Part shown: piece by piece, positions 8,953 through 17,646 of the stretch
Position numbering within the stretch: the first letter of the stretch is position 1
Layout of the letters: the number at the start of each line of letters is the position of its first letter
DNA from: a virus
Taxonomy: Duplodnaviria; Caudoviricetes
Direction: 5' to 3' (one strand)
DNA length: 62,915 nt
Virus record (IMG/VR): IMGVR_UViG_3300002920_000013
Span: 1-62,915 of that record
Notes under the pieces: generated by a model
The model's input: the letters and a program-made list of their open reading frames with translations, nothing else
What the model was told of the DNA's origin: nothing
Database searches by the model: none
Made by a program: the position numbers and the translations under genes

Positions 8953-9807
8953 ATGAAATTCCCACAATTTCTTAGATTACAAGAATCACTTTTGTTAGAA
9001 GATTCAAGAATACAAAATTTAAATATCAAATATTATGAAGATTTTGCAGAATTTTGCAAAAAAAATGGTTTTAGTGAATCATTAAAAAAAATGATTGAAA
9101 ATAAAGTATTTTTTTTCAGAGGACAAGCAAGAACAAGTATTGATATTAGATTTTCCTTAATGGACCCTTCAGGAATTGAGAGAGAATCAAGAACTAAATT
9201 GCCATTTACTTATCTCTATAATTCAATGGTGAATACAAAAAGTGATTGGAAAGATTATCCTAATAGAAACAAGTCTGTTATATTTACAAATAGTTTAGAT
9301 TATGCAGAACATTATGGTGATCCTTTTATAGTTGTACCGCAAAGGGGTAGGATAGGAATATGCCCGTCAAGAGATATGTTCACTTCTTTTAAAAATATAG
9401 GAATAAAAAATGTGTCAGACACAGCATATTTTATTATGCCTAAAAGACAAATAGGTGATATGTTAGATAATAGAACAGATTGGGAAAGTTTAAAAAAAAT
9501 ATTGTTTGATTTTTTCTTTTCAAAAATAATGGTATCTTATGATGAAATGAAAGATGACCCTTTTATATCAAATTTTTTTATTCAAATTCGGGAAGAAGAT
9601 TATGAAGGATTTTCACAAATTTTAGATGATTTATTTTCACCAGAAACCTTAGATTTTAATGTTGTAAATTTCCCAGATGAAATAAACAAATTGAAAATAA
9701 ATTCTGAAAATGAATTATGGACTGATGCTAAATGTTTGCTAATTGCTATTGAAGAAGACGAGGATTATTTAGATTTTTTAGAAGATGAAATTTATCCTCT
9801 TTTGTAA
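8953..9807 (+). CDS. Putative head-packaged ART-like protein (paralogue 3, tandem duplicate)
   Basis: Colinear with 8087..8944 over its full length, with long identical DNA stretches. Confidence 0.55.
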   Translation: MKFPQFLRLQESLLLEDSRIQNLNIKYYEDFAEFCKKNGFSESLKKMIENKVFFFRGQARTSIDIRFSLMDPSGIERESRTKLPFTYLYNSMVNTKSDWKDYPNRNKSVIFTNSLDYAEHYGDPFIVVPQRGRIGICPSRDMFTSFKNIGIKNVSDTAYFIMPKRQIGDMLDNRTDWESLKKILFDFFFSKIMVSYDEMKDDPFISNFFIQIREEDYEGFSQILDDLFSPETLDFNVVNFPDEINKLKINSENELWTDAKCLLIAIEEDEDYLDFLEDEIYPLL

Positions 9808-9854
9808 AAAAAATAAGATAAATAAAAATAATATGTAAATAAAAAAACTTAATA

Positions 9855-11318
9855 ATGAAAGTAATGAAAAAATTATTTGAAGAAACTGCCGCAAGTAAAG
9901 GTGGTGAAATAGACAAAGTTTTAGAAGAGATAGGAAAAGCAATGAAAGATGCTTTGAAACTTTCTACATATAGGAGTGAAAAATTAAAAGCAATAACTAA
10001 TCTAAAAGAAGCTGAATATAAAGAAGAAATAGAACCCAAAAAAATAGAAGCTGCGGCAAAAGAAAAGATTGCAAAAATTATGCAGCAAAAAAAAGAAAAA
10101 ATAAGAAATGACTTAAAAGCAAATACAAAATTAACAGCCGACCAAAAAGCTGAAAGAAGAAAAATGTTATATGATAAATTAGATGAAGAAGAAGAAAAAA
10201 TGAAAGCTAAAATAAGTGATGTTGTTGATATACAAAAAGTTAAATTTGAAAATGAAAAAACTAAGGCACAAAATGAACTTAATAAAATAAATGGATTACA
10301 ATTGGAAACAGAAGCAGGAAAAATACAGAAACAAGATATAGATGATAATTTAAAAGAAGTAGCAAAATCAATGGATATAAATCTTAAAAAGAAGAAAGCA
10401 CAAGAATATGAAAAAATGGGATTGGGCGTTGAAAGAATATTAAAACAAGTACAAGCAGCAGAAAAAGAATTTGAAGAATTAGTTGGTATCAATAAAGAAA
10501 AAGCAAAAGATGCACAAGAAGCTTTGGAAGATTTACAAAAAGAACAAGATGAACAACTTAGAAAAGCAGGAGAAGAAGATCCTGAATTAAAGAAAGTTCT
10601 TGATAAACAAACTGAATTTCTTGCTAAGAAAAATGAAATAGAAGGTTTAATTCAAGATTTAGAAAATAAAGAATCTGAATTACAACAATTAAAAGATTTT
10701 AATTCAATAAATTATAATCAAAATAATATAGATTTTAATCTTGATTTAGAATTAGAAGTCAAAAAATTGTATAATCCAAGAATTTTTAAAATTATCACTG
10801 AAGAAGAATTTATTAGTATTTTTTCACAACAAAATGAAGTAAATGAACAAGGAAATCCAGGAGACCCAGGAAACCCAGGAGGCGGTGGCGGCGGTGGAGG
10901 CGGAGGCGGAGGCGGCGACCAACAACAAAAACAACAAAAAATAACACAATTAGAAAATGAAATATCAAATTTAAAACAAAAAATAAAAGATGCATTAAAA
11001 GAATTAAATGGTTTTAAACTTACAAAGACTGAAGCTGAAAAAATTACCAAAGGTGAAGATGGTGCAAATACTTTTATTGCCAATCAAGATTCTTTAATAA
11101 ATAAACTAAAATCCAGAATTAAAGAAGAATCCCAAAATCAAACACAAACACAAAATAGTTCAAAAAGTTATCAAGAATTTAAAAAAGAAATGATGTTAGA
11201 ATCACAAAAATATGAAAAAAATCTGAAAAAAATAGATATGATACTAAATGAAAATAAATCATATTCATATAGAGATGATTTTATGACTTTTGAAAAATTT
11301 TTAAAAATTAAAAAATAA
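9855..11318 (+). CDS. Long coiled-coil protein with poly-Gly linker; possible head core protein
   Basis: K/E/Q-rich helices and GNPGDPGNPG followed by a poly-Gly run. GATAAATA upstream at 9817-9824. Confidence 0.6.
   Translation: MKVMKKLFEETAASKGGEIDKVLEEIGKAMKDALKLSTYRSEKLKAITNLKEAEYKEEIEPKKIEAAAKEKIAKIMQQKKEKIRNDLKANTKLTADQKAERRKMLYDKLDEEEEKMKAKISDVVDIQKVKFENEKTKAQNELNKINGLQLETEAGKIQKQDIDDNLKEVAKSMDINLKKKKAQEYEKMGLGVERILKQVQAAEKEFEELVGINKEKAKDAQEALEDLQKEQDEQLRKAGEEDPELKKVLDKQTEFLAKKNEIEGLIQDLENKESELQQLKDFNSINYNQNNIDFNLDLELEVKKLYNPRIFKIITEEEFISIFSQQNEVNEQGNPGDPGNPGGGGGGGGGGGGGDQQQKQQKITQLENEISNLKQKIKDALKELNGFKLTKTEAEKITKGEDGANTFIANQDSLINKLKSRIKEESQNQTQTQNSSKSYQEFKKEMMLESQKYEKNLKKIDMILNENKSYSYRDDFMTFEKFLKIKK
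10851..10917 (+). repeat. GC-rich low-complexity coding repeat (GNP/GDP triplets and poly-Gly)
   Basis: GGAAATCCAGGAGACCCAGGAAACCCAGGA followed by a GGN codon run. Confidence 0.85.
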
Positions 11319-11743
11319 TGAATTTTAAAAATTTTTTAATTAAAGAAACACAATCTTTAAATGGAATATATGGAGGAGTTATTGTTAAAAAAATTCCATT
11401 AAAAGCTATTGAGAATTTTAAGATAGACCCTAATAATAATTTATATGCAAATAAAGATTTTAACAAAGGAGACATATTAGAAGAGGCACCATACATTATT
11501 TTAGAATTTTCACAAATAAATGATTTTAATATTTCAGATAGAATTTTCAAGATAAATGAAAATATGTATGCTTTACCTCTTGGTTGGGCTTCCTTTATTA
11601 AAACCTCAGAAAAGAAACAAAATGTTTCTTGGGAATGGGATTATGATAGAAAAAAAATAGTTTTTTTTGCAATGAAGAATATAAAATATGAAGAACAATT
11701 ATTTATTTCTTATTTAAGAAAATTTAAAAAAAATATAGAATAA
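11318..11743 (+). CDS. SET-domain protein, degenerate
   Basis: LYANKDFNKGDILEEAP, LPLGWASFI, NVSW and FFAMKNIKYEEQLFISY match small bacterial SET proteins. The NHS motif is replaced by KTS. Confidence 0.7.
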   Translation: MNFKNFLIKETQSLNGIYGGVIVKKIPLKAIENFKIDPNNNLYANKDFNKGDILEEAPYIILEFSQINDFNISDRIFKINENMYALPLGWASFIKTSEKKQNVSWEWDYDRKKIVFFAMKNIKYEEQLFISYLRKFKKNIE

Positions 11744-11744
11744 T

Positions 11745-12134
11745 ATGTCATCAATGCTTAAAACTTCAATCAAATTAGAATCTTCAACACTATATCCTAA
11801 TAATGTGTTACAAACACAAGTTTATAATCTTCACATAAATGGTACATTTGCAGGATTTAATAAAATGATTGTAGAAACTACGCCTGTAAAATTAAATAAT
11901 TCAGATATAGACGGGGCAAGTCTTTCTGCTTATTTGTATATTTCAGCACCCTCTACAAATTTGCAAACTGTGTTCATTAAACAAGTAGGTGCTACTGAAT
12001 CTTTTGCAAGATTGGCACCTGGAGAATTTGCATTTCTTTCTTATGGGGGACAAACAACTACTCCTGATATTGTTGCATATACAGTAGGCGCAGGACACGC
12101 AGAAATTCATTATTTTATTGGTGAAAAAGACTAA
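11745..12134 (+). CDS. Hypothetical beta-rich virion protein
   Basis: Rich in small residues (ARLAPGEFAF); last gene before a terminator in a late unit. Confidence 0.5.
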   Translation: MSSMLKTSIKLESSTLYPNNVLQTQVYNLHINGTFAGFNKMIVETTPVKLNNSDIDGASLSAYLYISAPSTNLQTVFIKQVGATESFARLAPGEFAFLSYGGQTTTPDIVAYTVGAGHAEIHYFIGEKD

Positions 12135-12157
12135 AATAAAAAATTTAACAATTTTTT

Positions 12158-12191
12158 AACACCTAAAAATAAATATTTTAGGTGTTTTTTT
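12158..12191 (+). terminator. Intrinsic terminator
   Basis: AACACCTAAAA-ataaata-TTTTAGGTGTT followed by a T-run. Confidence 0.8.
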
Positions 12192-12214
12192 ATTTTATAA
12201 TAAAATCTATTTTT

Positions 12215-12781
12215 ATGAAAAATTTAATAATAATAGAAGGAATGGATAGGACCGGCAAGGATACTATACAGAAATATATTACAAATAAATTAGAAGCTGA
12301 AAATAATGAAATATTAAATTTTCATAGAACAGGACCAAAAAACAAGGGCCTCCTTGGTTATCTTGAACAAAAAAATATTTTTTTAAATGATTTTTTTAAT
12401 ATAAAAAATTACAAAGAAGAAAAAGAAAATACATATTTTATTTTTAATAGGTCCTATATTGGTGAATACGTTTATTCACCCCTATACAGAGGATTCCCTG
12501 CTGAATGGATATTAGACCTTGACAAATGTGTTTCAGAAGATACAGATTTTAATACATATCTTATTTTGTTATATGGTGAACCGGAATTCCTATTTAAAAA
12601 TGATGACAATAAATCCCTTTCTAAGGGGATAGAAACACATATTATAGAGGATAAATTATTTAAAGAAATTTTTAATAAATCCTTAATAAAGAATAAATTA
12701 TTATTAAAAGTATGTGATGATAAACAATATTTTGATTTTTTTATAGTTAAATTAGAAATTGATAAATTTTTAAATCTTTAA
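12215..12781 (+). CDS. Thymidylate-kinase-like dNMP kinase
   Basis: IIIEGMDRTGKDT P-loop and FNRSYIGEYVYSPLYRG. ATG 12215 preferred because the ORF-track GTG start lies inside the terminator. Confidence 0.8.
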   Translation: MKNLIIIEGMDRTGKDTIQKYITNKLEAENNEILNFHRTGPKNKGLLGYLEQKNIFLNDFFNIKNYKEEKENTYFIFNRSYIGEYVYSPLYRGFPAEWILDLDKCVSEDTDFNTYLILLYGEPEFLFKNDDNKSLSKGIETHIIEDKLFKEIFNKSLIKNKLLLKVCDDKQYFDFFIVKLEIDKFLNL

Positions 12782-12784
12782 AAA

Positions 12785-13642
12785 ATGGTTCCTAATCTGA
12801 ATGTACAAATTATTGATTTGTTAAAAGAAATCTATAATGAGGAATGCCAATCCTCACCAAGAGGACTAAAATGTTATGAAAAATTCAATCATACCTTTGT
12901 TGTGGATTCAACAAGACCAATCATAAGTTTCCCAAAAAGAAAATTCAATTGGAAATATTTTTTAGGTGAATTAACTTTTTATCTTAAAAAAGATTTAAAC
13001 ATAAATTGGATAAATAATTTTTCAACTTTTTGGCAAAAAATAGCAAACAATAATTTCATAAATTCAAATTATGGTTCCCGATTGTTTGGCAAAAATAGCA
13101 ATCAAATTTTTTGGATTGTTAATGAACTTAAAAAAGATCCCTTTTCAAGAAGAGCAATTGGTTTTATTTCAGGACCAGAAAATCAATATGAACTTAATAA
13201 AGACTTTATATGCACAAATTATATCCTTTTCTGGATAAGAAATAACAAACTATATCTAAAAGTTCAAATGAGGTCAAATGATATATTTTATGGCACAACT
13301 TATGATATACCTTTTTTTGCAATCCTTCATCAAGCAGTCAGGTTACTACTTTTAGACAAATATCCAAATCTTGCACTTGGTGAATATTATCATAGTGCAG
13401 ATAACATACATTTTTATGATAAACATAAAGAACTTGTAGAAAATATCTTGCAAGAAAATGATTATGAAGATAATTTTATTTTTCTAAAAATAAAAATGTT
13501 AGAAATGTATGAAAATTATATTGATACATCTTCACAATTTGAAATTTTAATATATGAAACACAAGAACTGCTAAATAATAAAGATATGATAAATATAGAA
13601 AATAGCAAAGAATTATTAAAAAAATATTTTTGGATAGAGTGA
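12785..13642 (+). CDS. Thymidylate-synthase-family protein, dCMP hydroxymethylase (T4 gp42)-like
   Basis: GELTFY, WQKIA, INSNYG, SRRAI, DFICTN, MRSNDIFYGTTYD and NIHFY. Asp, not Asn, occupies the base-specificity position. Confidence 0.85.
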   Translation: MVPNLNVQIIDLLKEIYNEECQSSPRGLKCYEKFNHTFVVDSTRPIISFPKRKFNWKYFLGELTFYLKKDLNINWINNFSTFWQKIANNNFINSNYGSRLFGKNSNQIFWIVNELKKDPFSRRAIGFISGPENQYELNKDFICTNYILFWIRNNKLYLKVQMRSNDIFYGTTYDIPFFAILHQAVRLLLLDKYPNLALGEYYHSADNIHFYDKHKELVENILQENDYEDNFIFLKIKMLEMYENYIDTSSQFEILIYETQELLNNKDMINIENSKELLKKYFWIE

Positions 13643-13866
13643 AAACACTTAAAGATTGGGAAAAATATAAAATTTTAGCAACTCTTAGAAAATATAAAGG
13701 CAAACACAAAATATTATTTTTAGAAGATCCTGAAGACCCTTGGTTTGTAATATGTGCACAAATTTCATTAAAAAATAATAAACTTGAATATTTTACTTTT
13801 TTGATTAAAAAAGATTTAAATATTTGGATTGAATATAAAAAAACAGAAAAATACACACTGCAATGA
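13630..13866 (+). CDS. Hypothetical protein
   Basis: Fills the gap with overlaps to both neighbours; start codon uncertain. Confidence 0.5.
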   Translation: MDRVKTLKDWEKYKILATLRKYKGKHKILFLEDPEDPWFVICAQISLKNNKLEYFTFLIKKDLNIWIEYKKTEKYTLQ

Positions 13867-14315
13867 TACCAATAGTAGAAATGAATGAAATTTTAGATAA
13901 AAGGGATAAAATAATGGAACGTTTAGCAATAGGAGATTATTCATCAGAGGAAGAGTGCAAACAACTTTTAGAAACAGCAGATAGGTATTTTATACTTATA
14001 GAAGATGAAATAAAACAAAATTTTAACAATTATCCTGTTGATTTTATTATTCAAACATTTCACAGACTTGGTGATACATTTATGCCAATATATGATCCTG
14101 AAAAAGGTTATGCTTATTATACATTTTTAAATCAAATAGACACATTGGAAAAAAATCAAGTATTAGATGAAAAATCAGGAATTAAAATTCCTTTTGATGC
14201 CTCTGCATATGCATTTGTAGTAAATGAAGATGATTGGTCACCAACAATACGAGAAGCAGTTTGGAAATGGATTAAATATGTAGAAGATTCCAGTATAAAC
14301 AATTTAATTTCTTAA
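13863..14315 (+). CDS. Hypothetical protein
   Basis: ATGA-coupled ORF in operon orientation. Confidence 0.6.
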   Translation: MIPIVEMNEILDKRDKIMERLAIGDYSSEEECKQLLETADRYFILIEDEIKQNFNNYPVDFIIQTFHRLGDTFMPIYDPEKGYAYYTFLNQIDTLEKNQVLDEKSGIKIPFDASAYAFVVNEDDWSPTIREAVWKWIKYVEDSSINNLIS

Positions 14316-14320
14316 AATAA

Positions 14321-14827
14321 ATGAATTTTTTTAAAAAAATTTTAAATATTATAGGTTGGGTTCCAATCATTTGGGAAGATAGAAATGATGATTTTTCAAG
14401 TATTGATATTATTCTGTATCATAAATTGAAAAATATGTATAACTATTCTAAAAATAATGATGTAAATTATCCAAAATTAAGATGGGCATTAAATCTTTTT
14501 CATAATTTAATAAATAATTATTACTATAAAGAACGAAACAAATATTTTAAATATAAAACTAAAATTTCTTTTGGGAAAAATAATAAGCATCTTCTTTTAA
14601 ATAGTTTTAAACATATAATTAAAAAAGATAAATTAGAAGAATACGTAAAAAATAATAAATCCTATTGGAATAAAAATTTAAAGGAATATCACAATAAAAA
14701 TTTTAAAGATTTTGAATGTGAGGATAAAATTTATATTGCAATTAAAATAAACACTCTTAAAGAGAATAGGGCACGTGAACTTGCATATAGAATATTAAAA
14801 GAATACCATATTTATTGGTGGGACTAA
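14321..14827 (+). CDS. Hypothetical phage protein
   Basis: WVPIIWEDRNDD near the N-terminus and a C-terminal WWD. Confidence 0.6.
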   Translation: MNFFKKILNIIGWVPIIWEDRNDDFSSIDIILYHKLKNMYNYSKNNDVNYPKLRWALNLFHNLINNYYYKERNKYFKYKTKISFGKNNKHLLLNSFKHIIKKDKLEEYVKNNKSYWNKNLKEYHNKNFKDFECEDKIYIAIKINTLKENRARELAYRILKEYHIYWWD

Positions 14828-14841
14828 AAAATATTTATTTT

Positions 14842-15996
14842 ATGAGGATTTGTTTAAATATGATAGTTAAAAATGAGGAAAAAGTTATTAGAAGATGTTT
14901 AGAAAGCGTAAAACCTCATATAACAGATTGGGTCATACACGACACAGGTTCTAATGATAAAACAAAAGAAATTATTTTAGATTATCTAAAAGATATTCCA
15001 GGTGAATTGAAGGAATCTGAATGGGTAGATTTTGGACATAATAGAAATCTTGCACTTAATGATGCTAAAAATACAGGTGCAGATTTTATACTTTTCATAG
15101 ATGCAGATATGATACTAACAAGAACTTCTAATAAAAATTTATCCGAAATTTTAGACAAAAAAATAGCTTGTTATTCAATCCTTCAAAAATTACAAAATTT
15201 AGAATATTACAATATAAGAATAATAAATAATGATAATAAATACGAATGGAAATATATAGGAGTGACACACGAATATGTTGATGATGTAAAAAGAAATCGG
15301 GACGAAAGAAAAAATATTGATACTAATGATTTTTTTATTCTTGATGTAGGAGATGGTGGTTCAAAAACAAATAAATTTGTACGTGATGAACAATTACTTA
15401 CAGAAGGATTAAAAAATGAACCAAATAATGCAAGATATTATTTTTATCTTGCACAAACAAAAAAAGATTTGTACAAATTTTATGAAGCATATCAATTGTA
15501 TATGAAAAGATTTGAAATGGGTGGTTGGGACGAAGAATGTTGGTATTCATATTATATGGCAGGAAGGACTATGATATGGTGCAAAAAATTTTCAGACGAA
15601 GAAATAAAAAAACATTTATTGCAATCTTGGGCTCTTAGACCTTGGCGTAATGAACCACTTGTAATTCTTGGTTATCATTTTAAAGATATAGACCCATTAT
15701 TTTCTGAAAGTATTTTAAAATGTGCAATTGCAATAGATAAACCTCAAAATGATATACTTTTTATAAATTCAGATTTTTATCATAAATATCCTAAATTATA
15801 TTTAGCAGAGTGTTTTTTTACAAACAAAAAATTAGAAAAATCAATGGAATTGTTTGCAAGTATTTATGAAGAAACAAATGATAAAAATATAAAAAATATT
15901 TGTTTAAAAAATTTAATAACTATAAACAAAAATATGGGAAAATGGTCACAGGAAGAAATGTATAATGAACTTCTTAATGTTAAAAATGAAAAATGA
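14842..15996 (+). CDS. GT2-family glycosyltransferase with C-terminal TPR-like helices
   Basis: ICLNMIVKNEE, DTGSNDKT, FGHNRN, IDADM, GVTHEY and NARYYFYLAQT. ATG 14842 preferred. Confidence 0.88.
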   Translation: MRICLNMIVKNEEKVIRRCLESVKPHITDWVIHDTGSNDKTKEIILDYLKDIPGELKESEWVDFGHNRNLALNDAKNTGADFILFIDADMILTRTSNKNLSEILDKKIACYSILQKLQNLEYYNIRIINNDNKYEWKYIGVTHEYVDDVKRNRDERKNIDTNDFFILDVGDGGSKTNKFVRDEQLLTEGLKNEPNNARYYFYLAQTKKDLYKFYEAYQLYMKRFEMGGWDEECWYSYYMAGRTMIWCKKFSDEEIKKHLLQSWALRPWRNEPLVILGYHFKDIDPLFSESILKCAIAIDKPQNDILFINSDFYHKYPKLYLAECFFTNKKLEKSMELFASIYEETNDKNIKNICLKNLITINKNMGKWSQEEMYNELLNVKNEK

Positions 15997-16928
15997 AAAA
16001 AGATAACATACAAAAAATTGGTTTAGTTACTACTATAAAAGGTTATGATTTTTCTACTATTGAACCTTTTTTATCCTCTTATTTTAAGAATTATGCAGGA
16101 TATTCTGAATTGTTTTTAATATTTTATGATTATAGTGAAAAATATTTAGAAAAATTAACAGAAGATATAAAAAAAATATCAAACGGGATTGAATTTAAAA
16201 TATTTCTTGCGGAATCTTCACCATATTATATTTGTGTAGATAGATATGTTTCTATAAAATCAATCATAGAAAAATATAAAGAAATACAATATTGGTGTCA
16301 CGTAGATGCAAGAGATGTTATTTTTCAAGGTGACCCTGGTGAATGGATAAATCTTAATAATGAAAATTATGATATTATTTGTACAACAGAGGGTGTAACA
16401 CATTGGAATGAAGATTGGAATGGTGGAAATTTGCAATTCTTTTTTGGTGATAAATTTTTTGAATTCCTAAAAGATTGTGAATGTATTTGTGCAGGAGTTT
16501 TTGTTGCTAAAAGTGATACTTTTATAAAAATATGTGATGATATTATTAAATATAGGAATTATAGTACAAATCCATTTGAAAATATTGACCAACAACTTTT
16601 AAATATTCTTGTCTATACAAAATATAAAGAGCTAACAAAATTTGCAACACCAATAATGAATTTTGCAATAAATCTTGGAACAATGAAGGCAATTCCTCTC
16701 TATTCAAAAAAGTGGTCTTGTTTAAATATTACAGAAAATTACAAACAAATTAGGAATAGACGAACAAATGGCAGTTTTTCAGAAAAATTATTATATCCTG
16801 AACCTATAATAAGTAATGGAATTGTTCAAACAAGTAATAATGAAAAATTTTATATTGTGCATCAATATGATAGAATTCGTCCTTGGCGTGAAGATATTTT
16901 AAAAAAATTAAATATTTATGACAAATAA
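15993..16928 (+). CDS. GT-A-fold glycosyltransferase-like protein
   Basis: VDARDVIFQGDP, ICAGV, DQQLLN and C-terminal HQYDR. Coupled to the GT2 gene. Confidence 0.7.
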   Translation: MKKDNIQKIGLVTTIKGYDFSTIEPFLSSYFKNYAGYSELFLIFYDYSEKYLEKLTEDIKKISNGIEFKIFLAESSPYYICVDRYVSIKSIIEKYKEIQYWCHVDARDVIFQGDPGEWINLNNENYDIICTTEGVTHWNEDWNGGNLQFFFGDKFFEFLKDCECICAGVFVAKSDTFIKICDDIIKYRNYSTNPFENIDQQLLNILVYTKYKELTKFATPIMNFAINLGTMKAIPLYSKKWSCLNITENYKQIRNRRTNGSFSEKLLYPEPIISNGIVQTSNNEKFYIVHQYDRIRPWREDILKKLNIYDK

Positions 16929-17136
16929 AAATTTCTACAAAATTACAATTTCTACACAAATTGAAACTGAAAATAAAAAAGGGCTTGTAACCTTTAAAAA
17001 TGTAAAAGAATCATATTTAGTTTGCGCATCTTCACCACAAGATGCAGAACAAATTTTAAAAAATAATCTTTCAAGTTTATATGAATATGAAATAATTTCT
17101 ATTACAAAAACAAATTTCATTGATGTTTTTATGTGA
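16918..17136 (+). CDS. DUF4494-like small protein
   Basis: KESYLVCASSPQDAE...YEIISITKTNFIDVF resembles the Bacteroidota DUF4494 pattern (E.YLVDA.S..EAE). Confidence 0.6.
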   Translation: MTNKNFYKITISTQIETENKKGLVTFKNVKESYLVCASSPQDAEQILKNNLSSLYEYEIISITKTNFIDVFM

Positions 17137-17151
17137 TAAATAAATCAAAAA

Positions 17152-17454
17152 ATGAAAAAATTTTCTGAATTATTAGATATTACAAAATTTTCCTTTCAGG
17201 AAATGTTTAATAATGATTCTGGAAGGACATCAATAACAAAATTTTGTGGGTTTTATATCATAATTATTGGTGGTATTGCATTTATTCTTGGGTGCATTGA
17301 CAAGATGTTTCTTGATAAGAGTATTGATATTCTTTCAGAAAGTATAATTTTTACATCAATTGGTGCTTCTCTAATAGGAATTAAAAATGTTGCAAAGAGC
17401 AAAAATGTTGTATATGATTCTAATAAAGAAACAAATACAGACAAAACAATATAA
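17152..17454 (+). CDS. Small two-TM membrane protein, holin candidate
   Basis: Two hydrophobic segments (FCGFYIIIIGGIAFILGCI; IIFTSIGASLIGI), a charged C-terminus and GATAAATA at 17135-17142. Confidence 0.5.
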   Translation: MKKFSELLDITKFSFQEMFNNDSGRTSITKFCGFYIIIIGGIAFILGCIDKMFLDKSIDILSESIIFTSIGASLIGIKNVAKSKNVVYDSNKETNTDKTI

Positions 17455-17459
17455 TTAAA

Positions 17460-17639
17460 ATGGTTTTTGATAAGATAATTATACAACTTAATAGAGGAAT
17501 GCAAGGCCTTTGCAATCTTGTAATAGATGCAAATGATATGAAAATAATTGAAGAATCACGTGGGGAATTCCTTTTAGAAATTCTACAACAGATGATAAAA
17601 GAATTAGAAAAAAAAGAAAATACAGAAAATCTAAAATAA
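17460..17639 (+). CDS. Hypothetical 59-aa protein (below the ORF-track cutoff)
   Basis: ATG 17460 to TAA 17639 (MVFDKIIIQLNRGMQG...) fills the gap between neighbours. Confidence 0.55.
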   Translation: MVFDKIIIQLNRGMQGLCNLVIDANDMKIIEESRGEFLLEILQQMIKELEKKENTENLK

Positions 17640-17646
17640 GATAGCA

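Noticed and set aside
8087-9807. Diversity-generating retroelement template/variable repeat pair
   Set aside because: Both copies are full-length ORFs, differences are not confined to adenines, and no reverse transcriptase is in the window.
10851-10917. GC-rich island as an RNA gene or foreign insert
   Set aside because: Explained by in-frame Gly/Pro codons; the same applies to about 405-465.
12785-13642. Canonical thyA call
   Set aside because: The specificity residue is Asp and the flanking motifs follow dCMP hydroxymethylases.
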